Source: Eledone cirrhosa
Taxonomy: Eukaryota
Assembly (NCBI GenBank): GCA_964016885.1
Contig: OZ024745.1
Coordinates: 32,426,001-32,490,000 of the forward strand
Reading direction: 5' to 3'
Length of the DNA: 64,000 nt
The notes below the pieces were generated by a model, which saw nothing but the letters and a program-made list of their open reading frames with translations, did no database searches and had not been told where the DNA came from. This document shows, in pieces, positions 39,181 to 53,270 of this stretch. Position 1 is the first letter of the stretch, and each line of letters begins with the position of its first letter. The translations under genes were made by a program, and so were the position numbers.

Positions 39181-42100
39181 TGCACTTCATAATTGTTTTA
39201 GAATTTATAAATTCTAGTTGTTCTGAGGAAAAATGGACACATATAAAAATTATTATTGATGTTGATAATGATGACAAATGACAATAGTGGGGATGAAGAT
39301 GATGCCATAGCAGGGGGCACAAAATGGGAAAAAGAAATCTATAAGAATGATTGATGATAATAATAATTGTTTCTACTTTTGTCACAAGGCCAGCAATTTG
39401 AAGGTGGAGGGGAAGTTGATTAAATCACGCCAAGCATAGGATTTGAACTCAGAACATAAAATGGCTGTAACTATATACCACAAAGCATGTCTGATGTTCT
39501 GCTGACACTGCCTCATGATAATAATAACCATTATAATAAAACACATGAATCAAATGACAATCACTTTGTGCTAGATTTCTTTGGTAAATGGTAATTTGAT
39601 ATTTTCATTGCTACTTCTTTCTTTCACACACAGTGTTGACAAGTTGTTCAGCAGTAAACCAACAATTATCTATAGCTACATACCTATGTTTCTACATCCA
39701 GACAATAAAAATAACATCCATTTCTGTGTGTGTGTGTGTGTGTATATGGAGGCACATGGCTTAGTGGTTAGAGCATTGGCCTTGCAATCGAAAGGTTGTG
39801 AGTTCAATTCTCAGACTGGGTGATGTGTTGTTTCCTTGCAAGCAGGGAAAAAGTGGACATAAAATGGAATGATGATGATATATATATATATGAGAGAGTG
39901 TGTGTGTATATCTGCAGTGTGAATACCAGGAAGACCACAAATCAGAATAGTACTCAATGCAGAGTGGGTATATTAAGGTAGACATGAAACCACCTGTGTT
40001 TGCAGTCAAACCCTCTACCTCATTAATGTGTGTGTATGTGTGTCTCTCTACTACCCTATTTACTTACCTGTTTGTTCATATATTTACCTACCTGCTTATC
40101 TATAGCTATCTATGTGTCTATATTTACCAATGTATCTTTTTGGGGACAACAGCAGTCAATAACAACAACAAAACACAAATCCCAATATCATTCAGAAGAT
40201 AGATACATGCAAAAGTAGAAGAAAGTCATCGTAATTCAGTGGTTATATGTTTGATAATGGTTAAAGAAAATATGGAAGAAAATTATTATTGCTTTAAATA
40301 AATGTTAAATGAAATATAGCAATGGCAAGAGTGACGAGAGGGAGAAGGTCAAAGAAAATCGAGCATCTTTAAATAGAATGATGCAATCAAGGAATTATTA
40401 AAGAACATTTTCTTTCTTTTTGCTATAAACCCCATCATTTTATACAGATACTATGCTAGTAGTAGTAATAACAACAGCAATGATAATTATTATAACAATA
40501 ATTATAAAGTTCAGTGCAGTGTAATCTGGACTATAGGGAAATAAGTGTTGTATAATAACAGCAACAACAGTGTCAACAATAATAGTAATATAAGCTCAGT
40601 CTAATGTAATCTGTTCGCAGGATCAGTGTGCTAATGATAAATATTTCAGGAATACAACAACAACAAAATTACAAGGTAATTAATTTTACAATAAAAGGAA
40701 TAAACAAAAAAGAGTTTAATGTTTTGAACTTCAGTCTTTCATCAGGAAAAAAAAACAACAGAAGAAAAAGTAGAAAAGAAAAAATGTGAGAAAAAAAAAT
40801 CATTTGCTTCTTTTTCTCTCTCTTCCTTTTCTCCTGACTGCTTCTTGACAAAAGACCATTGTCCAAAATATTGATCTCACTTTTGTTTCTTCTTTATAGA
40901 GTAAAATTAATTACCTTGTACTTCTGTATTGTTTTTGGTTTTATTTTGTTTCTGAAATCTATTTGAAAATAGTTGTTCTATGGAATGGTCAAATCGTTAC
41001 AAGCAGCATGAAGTCATTTGTAATATTATGTTCTCTATTTGTTTTGTTCATTATTCTTTGTAGTATCATAAGTATATATAATTAAAAGATATGTGTGTGT
41101 TTGTCAGGGCAGGGTGGTTACCAAATGACTGAATAGCTAAGAAGTTTGCTTCACAATCATGAGGTCCCAGATTTGATCTGGGAGCATAGTATTTTAAATA
41201 TGTGTCCTTTACCAGAGTTTTGGGTTGGCAGAATCTGTGCAGATGCCCACAGGATGAATTATACTTGTAATTCAAAGGTTCATCCTTGTTATTCTCTATG
41301 TCATGCTTTATCTGTTTGAAAATTGCAATATGGAATACTCAGCCACTTACATGCTATTTCAATGAGTATGTAGTTCAGTTGATCAAACAACTGAAGACTC
41401 AGTGTTGAAACTGACCGATTTATTTACTTTAGTCAAGGAAGGAGAAGGAGCAATGTCAATGATCTTTAACAGCCCCCTGCTGAAGAAGGACAAAAAGTAG
41501 GTTGGAGAAAACTGAGGAATTTTCTCCAGATATTTATAATGGTGAACTCTCTCCAAAGCATCTAAAAACCAGGTAGTGTGTTAGATCTAACACCCAATAA
41601 AGAGAAGTAATGTTCTCATAGATAGACCTCAAATATCATTACTTGGTATTTTCTTTTTTATTTTCCTCTCATTCCATCTGCTAGTCAAACCAATTTCTTT
41701 TACCCTTGACCTACATGCAAACATTTATTTGTGTTTTATGACAATAAAATACAATATCAAATTTTAAATTCTAATTCTGTAGGGGGAAAAAAAGCAGAAA
41801 TGTATTAATTCCTCTCTATGAAAGAATTAACAAGATGTTTGGAATCATAGGCACAACTTTCATAATTTAGTGTTCATAAATATTTTTGTTTAGTTTTTCA
41901 AAGTAGTTTTTGTATTTGCTCTTAGAATAGGAACATTTGTCAACTTAATGAAATTTACTGAATCTGATGCACACATATTAGAAAAATGAAATTAGAAACA
42001 TTTTTTTTAAATTCAAAATTATTCCCATATAATAGGTCACGTTTTTTGGAAGCAATGTATAATGTGTTCTTTTCAAAACTGTCGAAAAGTATTTAGAGAA

Positions 42101-42840
42101 AAGCATAGCTCTAAATACTGAGTTATGTAGATAACTGTATGGTTTCAATTCAGAGATCTTCAATTATCGTTTTAGAAAAATTTGTTTTCAAAACAAACAC
42201 CCTATTGAGAAAGAGAGAGAACTGAAAAAAGATTTTTTAAACATTTCTCATGATACATGAAGAAAAAATTGTAAAAGTAAATTATGATAATATCTTGAAT
42301 TTTTCTTTCTGTTTATGATTTGTATGAAGAAGACTCACAAACATTTTAGATGCATAATAAATATATCTATCTACTCTTCACATTGACTGATGGAAAGAAA
42401 ATGTTTGCATAATTTCTAGCTATAGTATTCATTAACTTGTATATGCTTCTACAAAGAGGCAAATAGATATTTTGAGGTTTGTTAAAAAGTTAAAAAATAA
42501 ATAAACAATTTTTTTTTTTAAGATGGAAAATGATGAAACTTGTTTTTCCAAAATAAAAAGACAAAATATTATGTGCACTGACTTTTTTCCTTACTATTTT
42601 CTTATCTGTCTTACTTTCTTCTTGTTACTTTGTGTTTATATTCAATTATTAAATGTTTTCTTTTTATTAAGTATCACTAAATATCTTTTCTGTTGATCAT
42701 CTTTATCTGAAAGAATTAATCGTATTTGTAATTGATTATTATCAAGTTGTGCATATATGTGTGTGTGCATGAGTATTTTTTCCTCCCCAAATTCCATACT
42801 CATTTTTCCCTCACCGTCACTAATTATTTCTATTGAAATA

Positions 42841-43186
42841 CAGTAGAACCTTGGTTCACGAACGCCTCTCATCATGAACAAATTGGTTCAGGAACAATTT
42901 TTCTAAACATAAAACGTCTCCGGTGACGAAAAGTATCTCAAGTAATGAACATGCAAGCCAACAACAACAGTTGGCGACAAGCTGGGAGTTTCGGCGAGAA
43001 AGCACCACTTGCTGTGTAGTTGGTTACTATGGTGATATCCATCTGTCTTTCACACACAGTCTCTCTATCTCTCACTGTATTTCTCTCTTAACATTTTGTA
43101 TGAGAAAAATAGTTTTGGTTTATGAACATTTCAAATGATGAGTGGTCTTCAGGAATGAATTAAGTTCTTGAGCCGAGGTTTCACTG
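42841..43186. mobile_element. pogo/Tigger-type MITE with TA TSD
   Basis: TA|cagtagaaccttggttcacgaac ... gttcttgagccgaggtttcactg|TA. Confidence 0.8.
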
Positions 43187-43541
43187 TACTTCAATTGGAG
43201 TAGATTTTTCTTTTCTCACTACTTTTCCACCATAATTCATATGTTAGTGGCTCACACTGTGTATTTGGCACTGAACTTTGGATCAATAGTATTTAAACAT
43301 TTTTGGAATCTTTGTTGTTATTTTTTCTTCTACTGAAATAATGTTGAATAAAATATATATATTTTTCTTAAGAAAACACTTTATTGTTTCAGTTGTTATT
43401 TGTGAAGTTTATTCAGTTTGTTTAATTCTATTCTTATTTTTGCATGGGACATATTCAAATATCACTCCTAAAAAAACACCAAACCATTTGTTTAGAGCTT
43501 AATTCATTTGGTTGTCTTTGCAAAACTATCCTCTTCCTCCT

Positions 43542-43543
<2 letters not shown>

Positions 43544-43633
<90 letters not shown>
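43544..43633. repeat. (CT)n microsatellite
   Basis: Direct reading. Confidence 0.95.
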
Positions 43634-43638
<5 letters not shown>

Positions 43639-46439
43639 GGTTGTGTCACCAAGTTGTTGTTGATTGTTCCAAGTCAACCCTGATTAAACAGACCTATAGT
43701 CTATAAACACTCATGTGCTTCTAAAATATTAAATTAATCTATAAACAACTTTCTGATCATGGTTAAAACCTTCCATGACTGAAAGAAAGAAATCCTCAAT
43801 AAACTAGTATGCCATCCATTAAGGCATATCTCGTAAACCTTTCAAACCTCAAAACTAAGATGAACTCCAACACAACAGAATAATTTCAATGAAGATTCTT
43901 CTACATGGTTGTTGAACTTGCAAGAAATAGCAGCCAAATCTTCAAATCACACTTTAATAAATTGAAGGACACATTGAATAATATAGCCCTCACCCCACCA
44001 CTACATTCACTCTCCCCTTATACTATCAGTCATTCCTTCCTCTTACTCATCACCTTGTTAAATCATCACATTTTCCATACACCCATAACTTCATACCTAT
44101 CTCCCTTCCCATCACCCCCACTAAAACCCCACAGAGCAGAGAGAGCTCTTTAGTTGGGAATATGATCAACAACCTCTTTAGTGATGGTGCCATGAAAATG
44201 CACCCAATACATCCTATAAGGGGGTTAGTGACAGGAAAGGCACTCCGCTGTAGAAATCATGCCTAAAATGGTTGAGAGGACCTTTCAGTTGTGTTGATGG
44301 CACAACGACCTCCCTAGTATTAGTGATCTACATGCTAAATGCCCCCAGTACAGTCTGTAAAGAGGTTGGTAATAAGAATGGCATTCAGCCATAGAAAGGT
44401 TGCTAAAGAAAAGGTTGGGAGGACCCTCCAGTTGGTAGAATGTGGAACTGTATGTAAGCAAGATGTGACCTCCCAACCTGACTGGGAAGTCAGTGGCATT
44501 GCTTTAGTATAGACCCGGTCAGCAAAAATCCGTCTAACCCTTGCTAGCAGGGAAAGTGGACATAAAATGATGATGATGATGATGATGATGTATCCTAGAT
44601 ACATCATGCTGTGATGATGCACAGCTTATTGGTTAGAATGTCAAGCTCATGATCACAAGGTTGTGGGTTCAACCCTTAGACTGGGTCTCTTTGAACAAAG
44701 CACTTCATTTCCCACTCAGCTGAAAAAACTGACTACCAAATACAGCAAGGGGTTAACTTTGTGATGGACCAACATCCTGCCTGGTCTGATAGTCTCAGTC
44801 ACTTAACATAAAACTGGGATAAACTCTGGCCTTATGAGCCTTTAGGCTTAAGAAAAGTTAACTTTGAAGATACATTATAGTCACAGCTGGATTGTCTTTA
44901 ATCAGAAGTTTGCTCAGTCAGAGATGACTTCTGAGCTAAACAACAACAACAGCAACAACAATTTCTAGTAAAGGTGTACTTTTGTTTTAATATTTTTCTT
45001 ATATTTTTTTATGAAAAAAAAAAAAAAGGAAATATTTCTTTCAAAGCATTCACAGTTCTGCTTTAGAATTAAGAATTTGACACTTTGAAAAGAGACAAAG
45101 AACTTTGTTTGAAATGACTGTCAGAAATAATTCCACTTATAGGAAACAAAATAAAAATTATAACAGTTGTTTTGGAATGATGAAGTTAATTGCTTTTGTT
45201 GAAAATGAATATTTTATTGTAACTAACAACCTGAAAAATTCTCGGGTTCTATATTTATTTACAATCTAAAAACAGAACAAAAAAATCGGTCAATCAATCA
45301 GTTGCAAAGACTTCTACTCCTATCAGTTCATGGTAAGGAATCAGTTTAACTAAATTCTGCAATTTAAAGAAATAATCACTCAGTTGATGAGTGACTCATA
45401 TGCCAAAATTGAGACATGTGGGCTGGGTTTCCTATGAAGAAATCACAAATGAAGAGGATTACATCCATCTTTTTGATACTATGCTAGAACCCTCCTGTAT
45501 GTAAAGGTCCCAACCTATTATACGTGGACCAATCAAAAGAAATAGAAGCAGGGTTATTGACAAGAAAGTCCAAGCAAATGATGTTATTGGGTGGGTTTAT
45601 ATTGTCCACATCAACATCAGTGAGTGTTTTTACTTTCAATTATTTCTCCACCCTGATCAAGGGCTGATATCATTTGAGGATCTCTGGTGCTTTGCAGACA
45701 GTGTTTGTATTACAGACCTGAAGCACGTAAACTATATGGACTCCTACAATACAATGAATATTGGAAGCAGACTCTACAGGAAGCAATAGTCACTCACTTG
45801 AGTTACCAATGAGATAAGATATTTGTTTGCTACTAAACTCATAGCCTTTATGACATATTATATTCTATCTTATGAGATTTTTTAATGATGTATTTATCCA
45901 TTCTGTAACTATGGAGCATTTAGTTTTTATTTATATATATATTTTTACTATGTATTTATATATGTATTTTTACTTGGAATTGGTTTTTGTATTGTCTACT
46001 AATCTACTAAAGAGTTCATTATCAACTGTTATTAACCAATATTTGTTTTACATGTAAGATTTGTTAATTTAAAGCTTTTTTAGTGCACAAAATTCAAAAC
46101 CTCTTTCTCATCAGTTGACTAGAGCTAAGAAACTCTGAGAAGAGCTGGACAGTAAAAGGTTTTCAGAGAAGAATCCCACCCACTTCATACAATTACTTAC
46201 AAGTAGCTACCATACAATATAGAACACAATAAGATTAGATAGAAAAACACAGCTGACAACATATACACAAGAAGGGCACTGATGGTGGCTTTTTTAACAC
46301 AAAAGAAACACAAAAAAAACACGAAATTAACTATGAAGGTTACCATGACTTACCAGGCATTGAAAATTGTAACAGTATTTCTATGACCCTTTGCGACATA
46401 ATGAAAAGTGCATAAACAACTCACTATTATAACTATCAG

Positions 46440-46630
46440 GGGGTGGATTGGAAGTATCGGTAGAGGGTCGGTCACCATGCTTTGCAGCAAAGAGTTACGG
46501 CCCTTTATGGTCTGAGTTCAATTCCCGCTGAAGTTAACTTTGCCTTTCATCCTAAACAGGGTCGATAAAATAAAGTACCAGTAATACACTGGGATAATTG
46601 CTGGCCTTGTGCCAAAAGTAGAAACAATTA
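46440..46630 (+). mobile_element. Family-1 SINE
   Basis: Matches consensus; flanked by direct repeat attataactatca (candidate TSD). Confidence 0.85.
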
Positions 46631-47551
46631 TAACTATCATTTTATATTGATGATGAAACCAAGAATGTCTTAAAAGATTAATGGAATAATCATTTTAAGA
46701 ATGCCATTGTATCAAATTTGAATGAAGAACTCATAAGACAAAATAAAACTAAAATGATATATAAAACAGACTACCATTGAACACAATCCTGTTTTTAATG
46801 ATAAATCACACACATACACACAAATGTGTATATGTACATGTATTTATGCATATATGTATATGTATGCATTTATATGTATTTTGGTGATGTATATCAACAA
46901 GTAAACCAAGAAGCCAGTGCTACTTGACTGAATCTCTTACATTAATTGTTCTTCACCATGTTGCATATACTCCCTTGTCTCTCAAATTATAATGCCTCTC
47001 TATTTTTGAAGGGTACCCTCATAAATAGAGAAAAAGAGATAGTGGTTATATTTTAATTATTTTAAAATTATTTTTAAGTAAACGTGACCCAGCAGGTCAC
47101 GGGTGGTCTAGTAGCATTATAGTCCTTTCCAATGCTATGTTCCTTTTCTATATGTTTCACTAAATATTAAATTCTTTATTAGACTTATGTAATTTTATCC
47201 TAGAAATATATTTGAATATTTTGAAAACAATTAAAAGCATAATAAAGATAAATTTGACCTCAGTGAGATTAATACCTAAGAGATAATCACATTTTTAAGA
47301 TCATTACTATGAGAGTGACAAGAAAGTGTATGCCATTCCTTGCAAAACAAATATCAGTCAAGTAGCACTAGTTTAAATGGTAAATAACCTCTGCTCTCAA
47401 TATCAACAATGCTGTTGAGAATTTAATCATATATGGTTCAAACTGACGATCAGTAAGTCAATCTATACAATTGAGCTGAATGCTGTGTGGTTTGTCCTTT
47501 TTTTCAAAACTCTGATGTTCTAACCTTTTCTATTTCTCTCTAAACTCTCCA

Positions 47552-47587
47552 TTTCTTGAAGAAGGACTTCTGCCCGAAACGTCAAAC
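47552..47587 (+). ncRNA. Minimal hammerhead-like motif (family C variant, C3 replaced by U)
   Basis: tttc-TTGAAGA-agg acttctg ccc-GAAAC-GTC-aaa. Confidence 0.45.
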
Positions 47588-47779
47588 CATCTACTTCCTC
47601 CTAAGCGTGATAATAATGGGATTTTGTGATATTGCATCTCTGTGTTAGTCTTATCATTTCTTCAAATGCATATTTGTATGTATATGTAAATATGTAAAAA
47701 GTAAACAGAAATAACAAAGCAACGATACAGTGCAATGAAGAAATATGTTAGTTTAACGCTCGAAATAATAGAAAAGGAG

Positions 47780-47815
47780 TCTTAACGTTTCGGACACTAG
47801 TCATTCGTCAGAAGA
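47780..47815 (-). ncRNA. Minimal type-I hammerhead motif, family C
   Basis: Minus strand tctt-CTGACGA-atgactagtgtcc-GAAACGTT-aaga. About 90 bp of downstream flank is shared with 57261-57385. Confidence 0.6.
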
Positions 47816-47908
47816 TAGAGTGAGAAATAAAAGGTGAAATAGAAAGATAGAGGGGAAGGAACAGAAAAGATTGAGAAAAAACACATACACGTGCGTATTC
47901 AGTCAGCC

Positions 47909-47956
<48 letters not shown>

Positions 47957-47957
<1 letters not shown>

Positions 47958-48140
47958 ATTGTTTCTACTATTGGCACAAGGCCAGCAATTATCCCAGTGC
48001 ATTACTGGTACTTTATTTTATCGACCCCGTAAGGATGAAATGCAAAGTTAACCTTGGCAGGATTTGAACTCAGATCATAACGGGGCGTAATTCTCTGCTG
48101 GAAAGCATGGCGTCCGACCTTCTACCGATACTGCCAATTC
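47957..48140 (-). mobile_element. Family-1 SINE
   Basis: Reverse-complement consensus match abutting (TA)n. Confidence 0.85.
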
Positions 48141-50414
48141 ACACAATAATGACAATGAGGGTTTTAAATCGAATAGAAATTTAAATTGACGAAAAGGCAC
48201 CACTTCCATTTAGTATATAGACTGAGGACTCTGAATTCAATGATTTCTAAATATAATGAAGAAAAAAGAAACTAAACGTGTGGTTGAAATCGAACTATAC
48301 TATACTCAATGTCTAAATATTTCAAGTCATTTAGATGTTTCCATAATAATTATATAACGGACCTTGAAGGCTAATAAATAGATAAAACCGCTATTATTTC
48401 CGAACTGTACACGTGAAGAACTCTCTCTGTCTGTCTGTCTCTCTCTCATATAGAAGCATGCAATAATTTGAATCTAACAGACCATATTAACGACAACCAG
48501 TTCTCATTTTCACCTTGCTAAAGATGGATTTGAAATATCTTCCTCCCCCTCCTCTTGACAATTCTCCTGAAATAAATAAACAACTTTAATGAGTGATTTG
48601 AAGGAAGTTATCGCAGTAGCCTAGTTGAATTGATCTCTTCACTAATTGCTACCAGTAGAATTAATTGACTTGTCTTCGGGCAATGACTCTGCTGGAGCCA
48701 AGATTATGAAAGTTTATCTAATCAGCAATGCACCTCACACTTCATCAGTTGTATCTAAATGAGAATAAAAACAAACTTTGCTGAAAATCCCTTTTGTTGT
48801 ATGGTAATAAATAATTAGTTGGTAAAGAACGATATAAAAGACTCTTACACATATGTTTAAAATATATATATTTAAAATATATATATTTACGTAAAAAGCT
48901 TCCATTGTAATTTTATGTAAGAATATATTGTGTTTAAAACACCAGCCTAAAAGTTCTCGTTTAGACTGTTTTCCATTAGAAATATGATAAAGAAAGGGTT
49001 AATACTCTTTACATCAGAAACAAAATAAATACATTTAGTTGGCATGTCTGAATATATTAGTCTATTTATTTGTATGCTATATTTCTTACTATACAAACAG
49101 TGCTTCTTCTTTTGTCATGAAATAAAATGTATGAGAAGAAAAAAAGATGCATTTTAGTCCGATATACTAATCAAAATATATTTCTTCTCCAGACATGTGC
49201 TATAAAATAAAATAACATTTTGCTATTATTAATTCAGAAAATTGTTAAATCCAAATAAATACAGAAGAAACAATCATTATTTTCTGATCTATGTAACCAA
49301 ATGAGGCGTCTGCTGTAGATTTAAGATTTAGGGTTAAAATTTCCGGTGACTAAAATTCATATCCCATATGCCACACGAAAAATCAATGTGACTTTGATAT
49401 TTTTATTAGTAGTGTCTTCCATTTTAATTCTAGGTTAATTCTAATTTCCCTTCTTAAACATTAGAGTTTTGTGCTGACTCGACAGGAAAAAAAATGGAGA
49501 AACCATACAATATAATATAAATATATAGCCAAATAAATACCTACCTTGGCTTCCAGTCAAATTTCGGTGTGATTGTTTGTGATTCTTTCAAATACGAGGA
49601 AACTAGGACTTAGACAAACTATAAGCTTTTTAACAAAAAAGATTAAACTCAGCTTAAGAACATGATTTTATCATAGATTGGAAGAATCGTTAGAGCGTTG
49701 GGTAAAATGCTTTGTGTCATTTGTTCCTGAATTCAAATTCCAGGGTCAATAAAATAAAGTACTACTCAAATGGAATCGGTCTAATCGACTTCCGTATGTA
49801 ACTTCCGGTGGACTCGTAGGGACGTTGTAGTAGGATAAGGCGGTTCTCGGGCATTTTAAACTTGGAGAAGCCCATCTCCTCTCCAGGTCTGAATACAGTC
49901 GATTTCTTCCAGAGCAGAAGAGAGAGGTGAGAAAAGTGGGAGGAAAATGCAGAGGAAGAATCGAGCTCGGTATTAGTACTTTATTTATCGACCTTGAAAA
50001 GATGAAATATAAAGTTGGCGGGATTTAAACTCAGAGTATAGTAAGCCGGAACGAATATCGCAAAGCATTTTTTCAGACGTTCTAATTCTTTGCAGCCAAT
50101 TCGACATGTGGTTTATGTGGCAGAGGATTTCCGAATAAGTCAGGACTTACAAGGTTTTCAAAAATACATAATTAAGGTTCAGATCACATTGAAGAGCCGA
50201 ATAATGGAAGGAGTAAATTCCAATGCATTTTATGCAACAAAACATTCAAGTCCCTAGCTGGCTTTAAACATCACTTCAGTGCTCACAATCACCAATAAAG
50301 ATATATATTATATATATATATATTTGTCAGTGATGGTCTTATTTGTCTAACGAGTTGACTGCCATTATGTATGTTCTGGCCTTGAGTCAAAAGCAGAAAC
50401 AATTATGTATACAA

Positions 50415-50705
50415 TTTTGAAAGTAGGTTTATAAGTATGAATTTTCACAAGATTATCGTAGTTGTTTGTGTGGCCTAGCGGTATGTACTACAGACGGTGG
50501 AGATCCTGGCCTTGGGCTCAATCCTGGTCAAGAGGTACATGTAACCTTTTTTCAGTTTTTATTTTTCAACTAATAGAAAAAAAAATGAAAAGGTTTACGG
50601 GGAACCCTACTCCTGACCAGGATCGAACTTCAGAGCAGGATCAGCACCGTCTATGATTCCTCCAACTAGAGCTATTAGTAATATTTAGGGTCGACTTCTG
50701 GTCAT
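50415..50705. mobile_element. Partial copy of a foldback element with inverted tRNA-like arms
   Basis: Similar to 56568-56917, with an internal deletion. Confidence 0.7.
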
Positions 50706-50969
50706 TTCTATATAAAGTTTCAGAACGTTTGATAGTTTTGAAATTCTTAGAAAAAATAAGAATCCCAATCGCAGAAAATAACAGTAACCACAGTTGATTC
50801 CTACATTTTCTAAGGATATATATATATATATATATATACTGCCAGGAGTTGCGACCGATAGATAATGTCAGCAATGGAATGGCCAATGGGAACAGTGTTT
50901 ACTTTGGTTCGATTTGACAAGTTCCACCCCACTCAGTAAGCGAACGAGGTCTGGGGTCTTGTCGAACGA

Positions 50970-51017
<48 letters not shown>

Positions 51018-51020
<3 letters not shown>

Positions 51021-51222
51021 ATGAAAATGCGAAGTTGAAGATGTTAGAGTCCTTTATCAATTGAGCCGTTAATGACGATAAACATCGTGATCGCTTTAGA
51101 CAGCAAAAAATGATTAAAAGGTGACATTTCTGAAGAGATCACGATGGTTATTGTCATTGAAATATATAATACGGCTCAATTAATAAAGGACTCTGACATC
51201 TTCAATTCCGCATTTTCATCTT
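51018..51222. repeat. Inverted repeat; right arm contains a family-A-like HHR (51125-51171)
   Basis: aagatgaaaatgcgaagttgaagatgttagagtcctttat pairs with ataaaggactctgacatcttcaattccgcattttcatctt. HHR reads CTGAAGA-gat c acgat ggtt attgt c att-GAAA-tatata-ata. Confidence 0.75.
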
Positions 51223-51303
51223 TATTAATATACTCCGCCACCCCCTATTCTTAGGAAGTAATATGACTTTGAGTGCTAGAAGTGAATTGCATCCTTGTAT
51301 ACC

Positions 51304-51400
<97 letters not shown>

Positions 51401-51501
51401 CTCCAGTCCTATAAACTGTGGAGTGCTACTTATCCGATATTTGCATTGCTTTATTGTTGCTACAATAAAACTCACCTCTTACATTATATGTATATATATA
51501 T

Positions 51502-51565
<64 letters not shown>

Positions 51566-51763
51566 AACATGGGGAGAAGAATACTGCATGGTTGCACATG
51601 GATTACATATTATAAAATTAGTCCCTCATCAGTGATTTGCCAACGATCATTGGTATTTCATCGCATGATGGGCGGCTTGTATCACATACAGACACACACA
51701 CACAAGCTGTGTACACGTAAAACTAACTTGGAAGACAGACGACGGATGGGCGGCTTGTATCAC

Positions 51764-51817
<54 letters not shown>

Positions 51818-52106
51818 GATTCAGTAGATTTGTGTTTTACTGATGCTATAGTGGTTTACTATGCTATAGCAGTGATTTGAGTTTTGCTTGATTAACAAGT
51901 CTGATCAGTAGATTGGACCTGGAGTCGGGTCTATAACACTAATATAGATCCTGAGCCACCCATCTGTGAAACGTAACTGAGCCTAATCAATAAAAACCTC
52001 AATGTGAAATTTACTTCTATACACACACACACACATACATATATATATATACACACAGGGTATCAAAAAAAATGTATACACACTTCAACAGCATTCTAAT
52101 AAGTGT

Positions 52107-52598
52107 ATGCATTTAAAAATAAAGGTGGTAGAAAAGCCAGGAACCACCATAAAATCCCTGATCAGCAAAACCTACCCTTTTAAGAAAACCCACTGTACCA
52201 ATAGGAAATGTATCATATGTAAGGTGAACCCCCGGATTTACTGTAAAACTAGAAACGTAGTCTATAGCATAAGATGTACAGAGGGTACTTGCAGAAACAC
52301 GACAACAACATACATAGGTGAGACAGCTCGTAGCATAGGTGAAAGGATAGACCAACACTGGGGGGAACTAAAAGGACGAAAAAACGGGTCAGTACTATAC
52401 GAACATGCTAGACAACAACATGACGGTAACATAGACAACATAGAAATTAGAATAATATCTAAACATAGAAATGACCCAGCAGATAGGCAAATCAGAGAGG
52501 CCAGTGAAATAGAAATTAGAAGACCAAAGCTAAACAGAAAGAATGAATGGAATAACAACAACACCCAAACAAACAACACTGACCTAAGAGAAGTATAA
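52107..52598 (+). mobile_element. GIY-YIG endonuclease ORF of a 5'-truncated Penelope-like element (element extends to about 53072)
   Basis: C-x4-C-x2-C linker, NVVYSIRC...TYIGETARSIGERIDQH, LYEHARQQH, REASEI..RPKLN. Followed by an A/C-rich 3' repeat with an HHR and ending at (TA)n. Confidence 0.9.
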
Positions 52599-52837
52599 AT
52601 AAGTAAATAAAATAAGATAAATAAATAAATAAATACATACACAAGCACAATAACAACAAGCACATAAACACACACTAGTCACCCATCACACAGCAAACAT
52701 AACACTATACACACACGCAAACGCATGCGCAAAGAAGACGAAATAAAATAAACAAACAAGCAAATAAATAAATAAATATATAGACAGACTGAATAAAAAT
52801 GGCGTAGACATGCAACACAACAGGAGGAAAATATAAC

Positions 52838-52880
52838 ACCACTGACGATGTTGCAGATGTGCAACGAAAGATTTATGATA
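52838..52880 (+). ncRNA. Hammerhead motif (family B) in the Penelope-like 3' repeat
   Basis: CTGACGA-t gttgca gatg tgcaac-GAAA-gattt. Perfect 6-bp stem II; stem I weak. Confidence 0.65.
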
Positions 52881-53097
52881 AACTATATATATGTGTTTGT
52901 GTCTATATTGTATCTGTATTATTTTTGACCGTCGGTCAGTCAATGGCAACATTGAGGACCGAGTAAGTTAGATTACCGATATAAAAGACAGCGAGAAGCG
53001 AAAACCAACCAAACAGTGAGTGTGTTCTGTTATTAATTCTGGCAATATTACACAAATATGACCCTCCCCAAGTATATATATATATATATATATATAT

Positions 53098-53270
53098 AAT
53101 TGTTTCTACATTTGGCACAAGGCCAGCAATTACCCAGTACATCACTGGTACTTTATTTTATCGACCCCGTAAGGATGAAAGGCAAAGTTTACCTCGGCGG
53201 GATTTGAACTCAGAATGGCAAGGGTCGTAACTCTATGCATCAAAGCATGGCGTCCAACCCTCTACCGATA
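53098..53270 (-). mobile_element. Family-1 SINE (further partial copies about 49970-50100, 53760-53910, 54230-54350)
   Basis: Consensus match. Confidence 0.85.

Noticed and set aside
51667-51767. 22-bp direct repeat gatgggcggcttgtatcacata
   Set aside because: Only two copies; most simply a small local duplication next to microsatellites.
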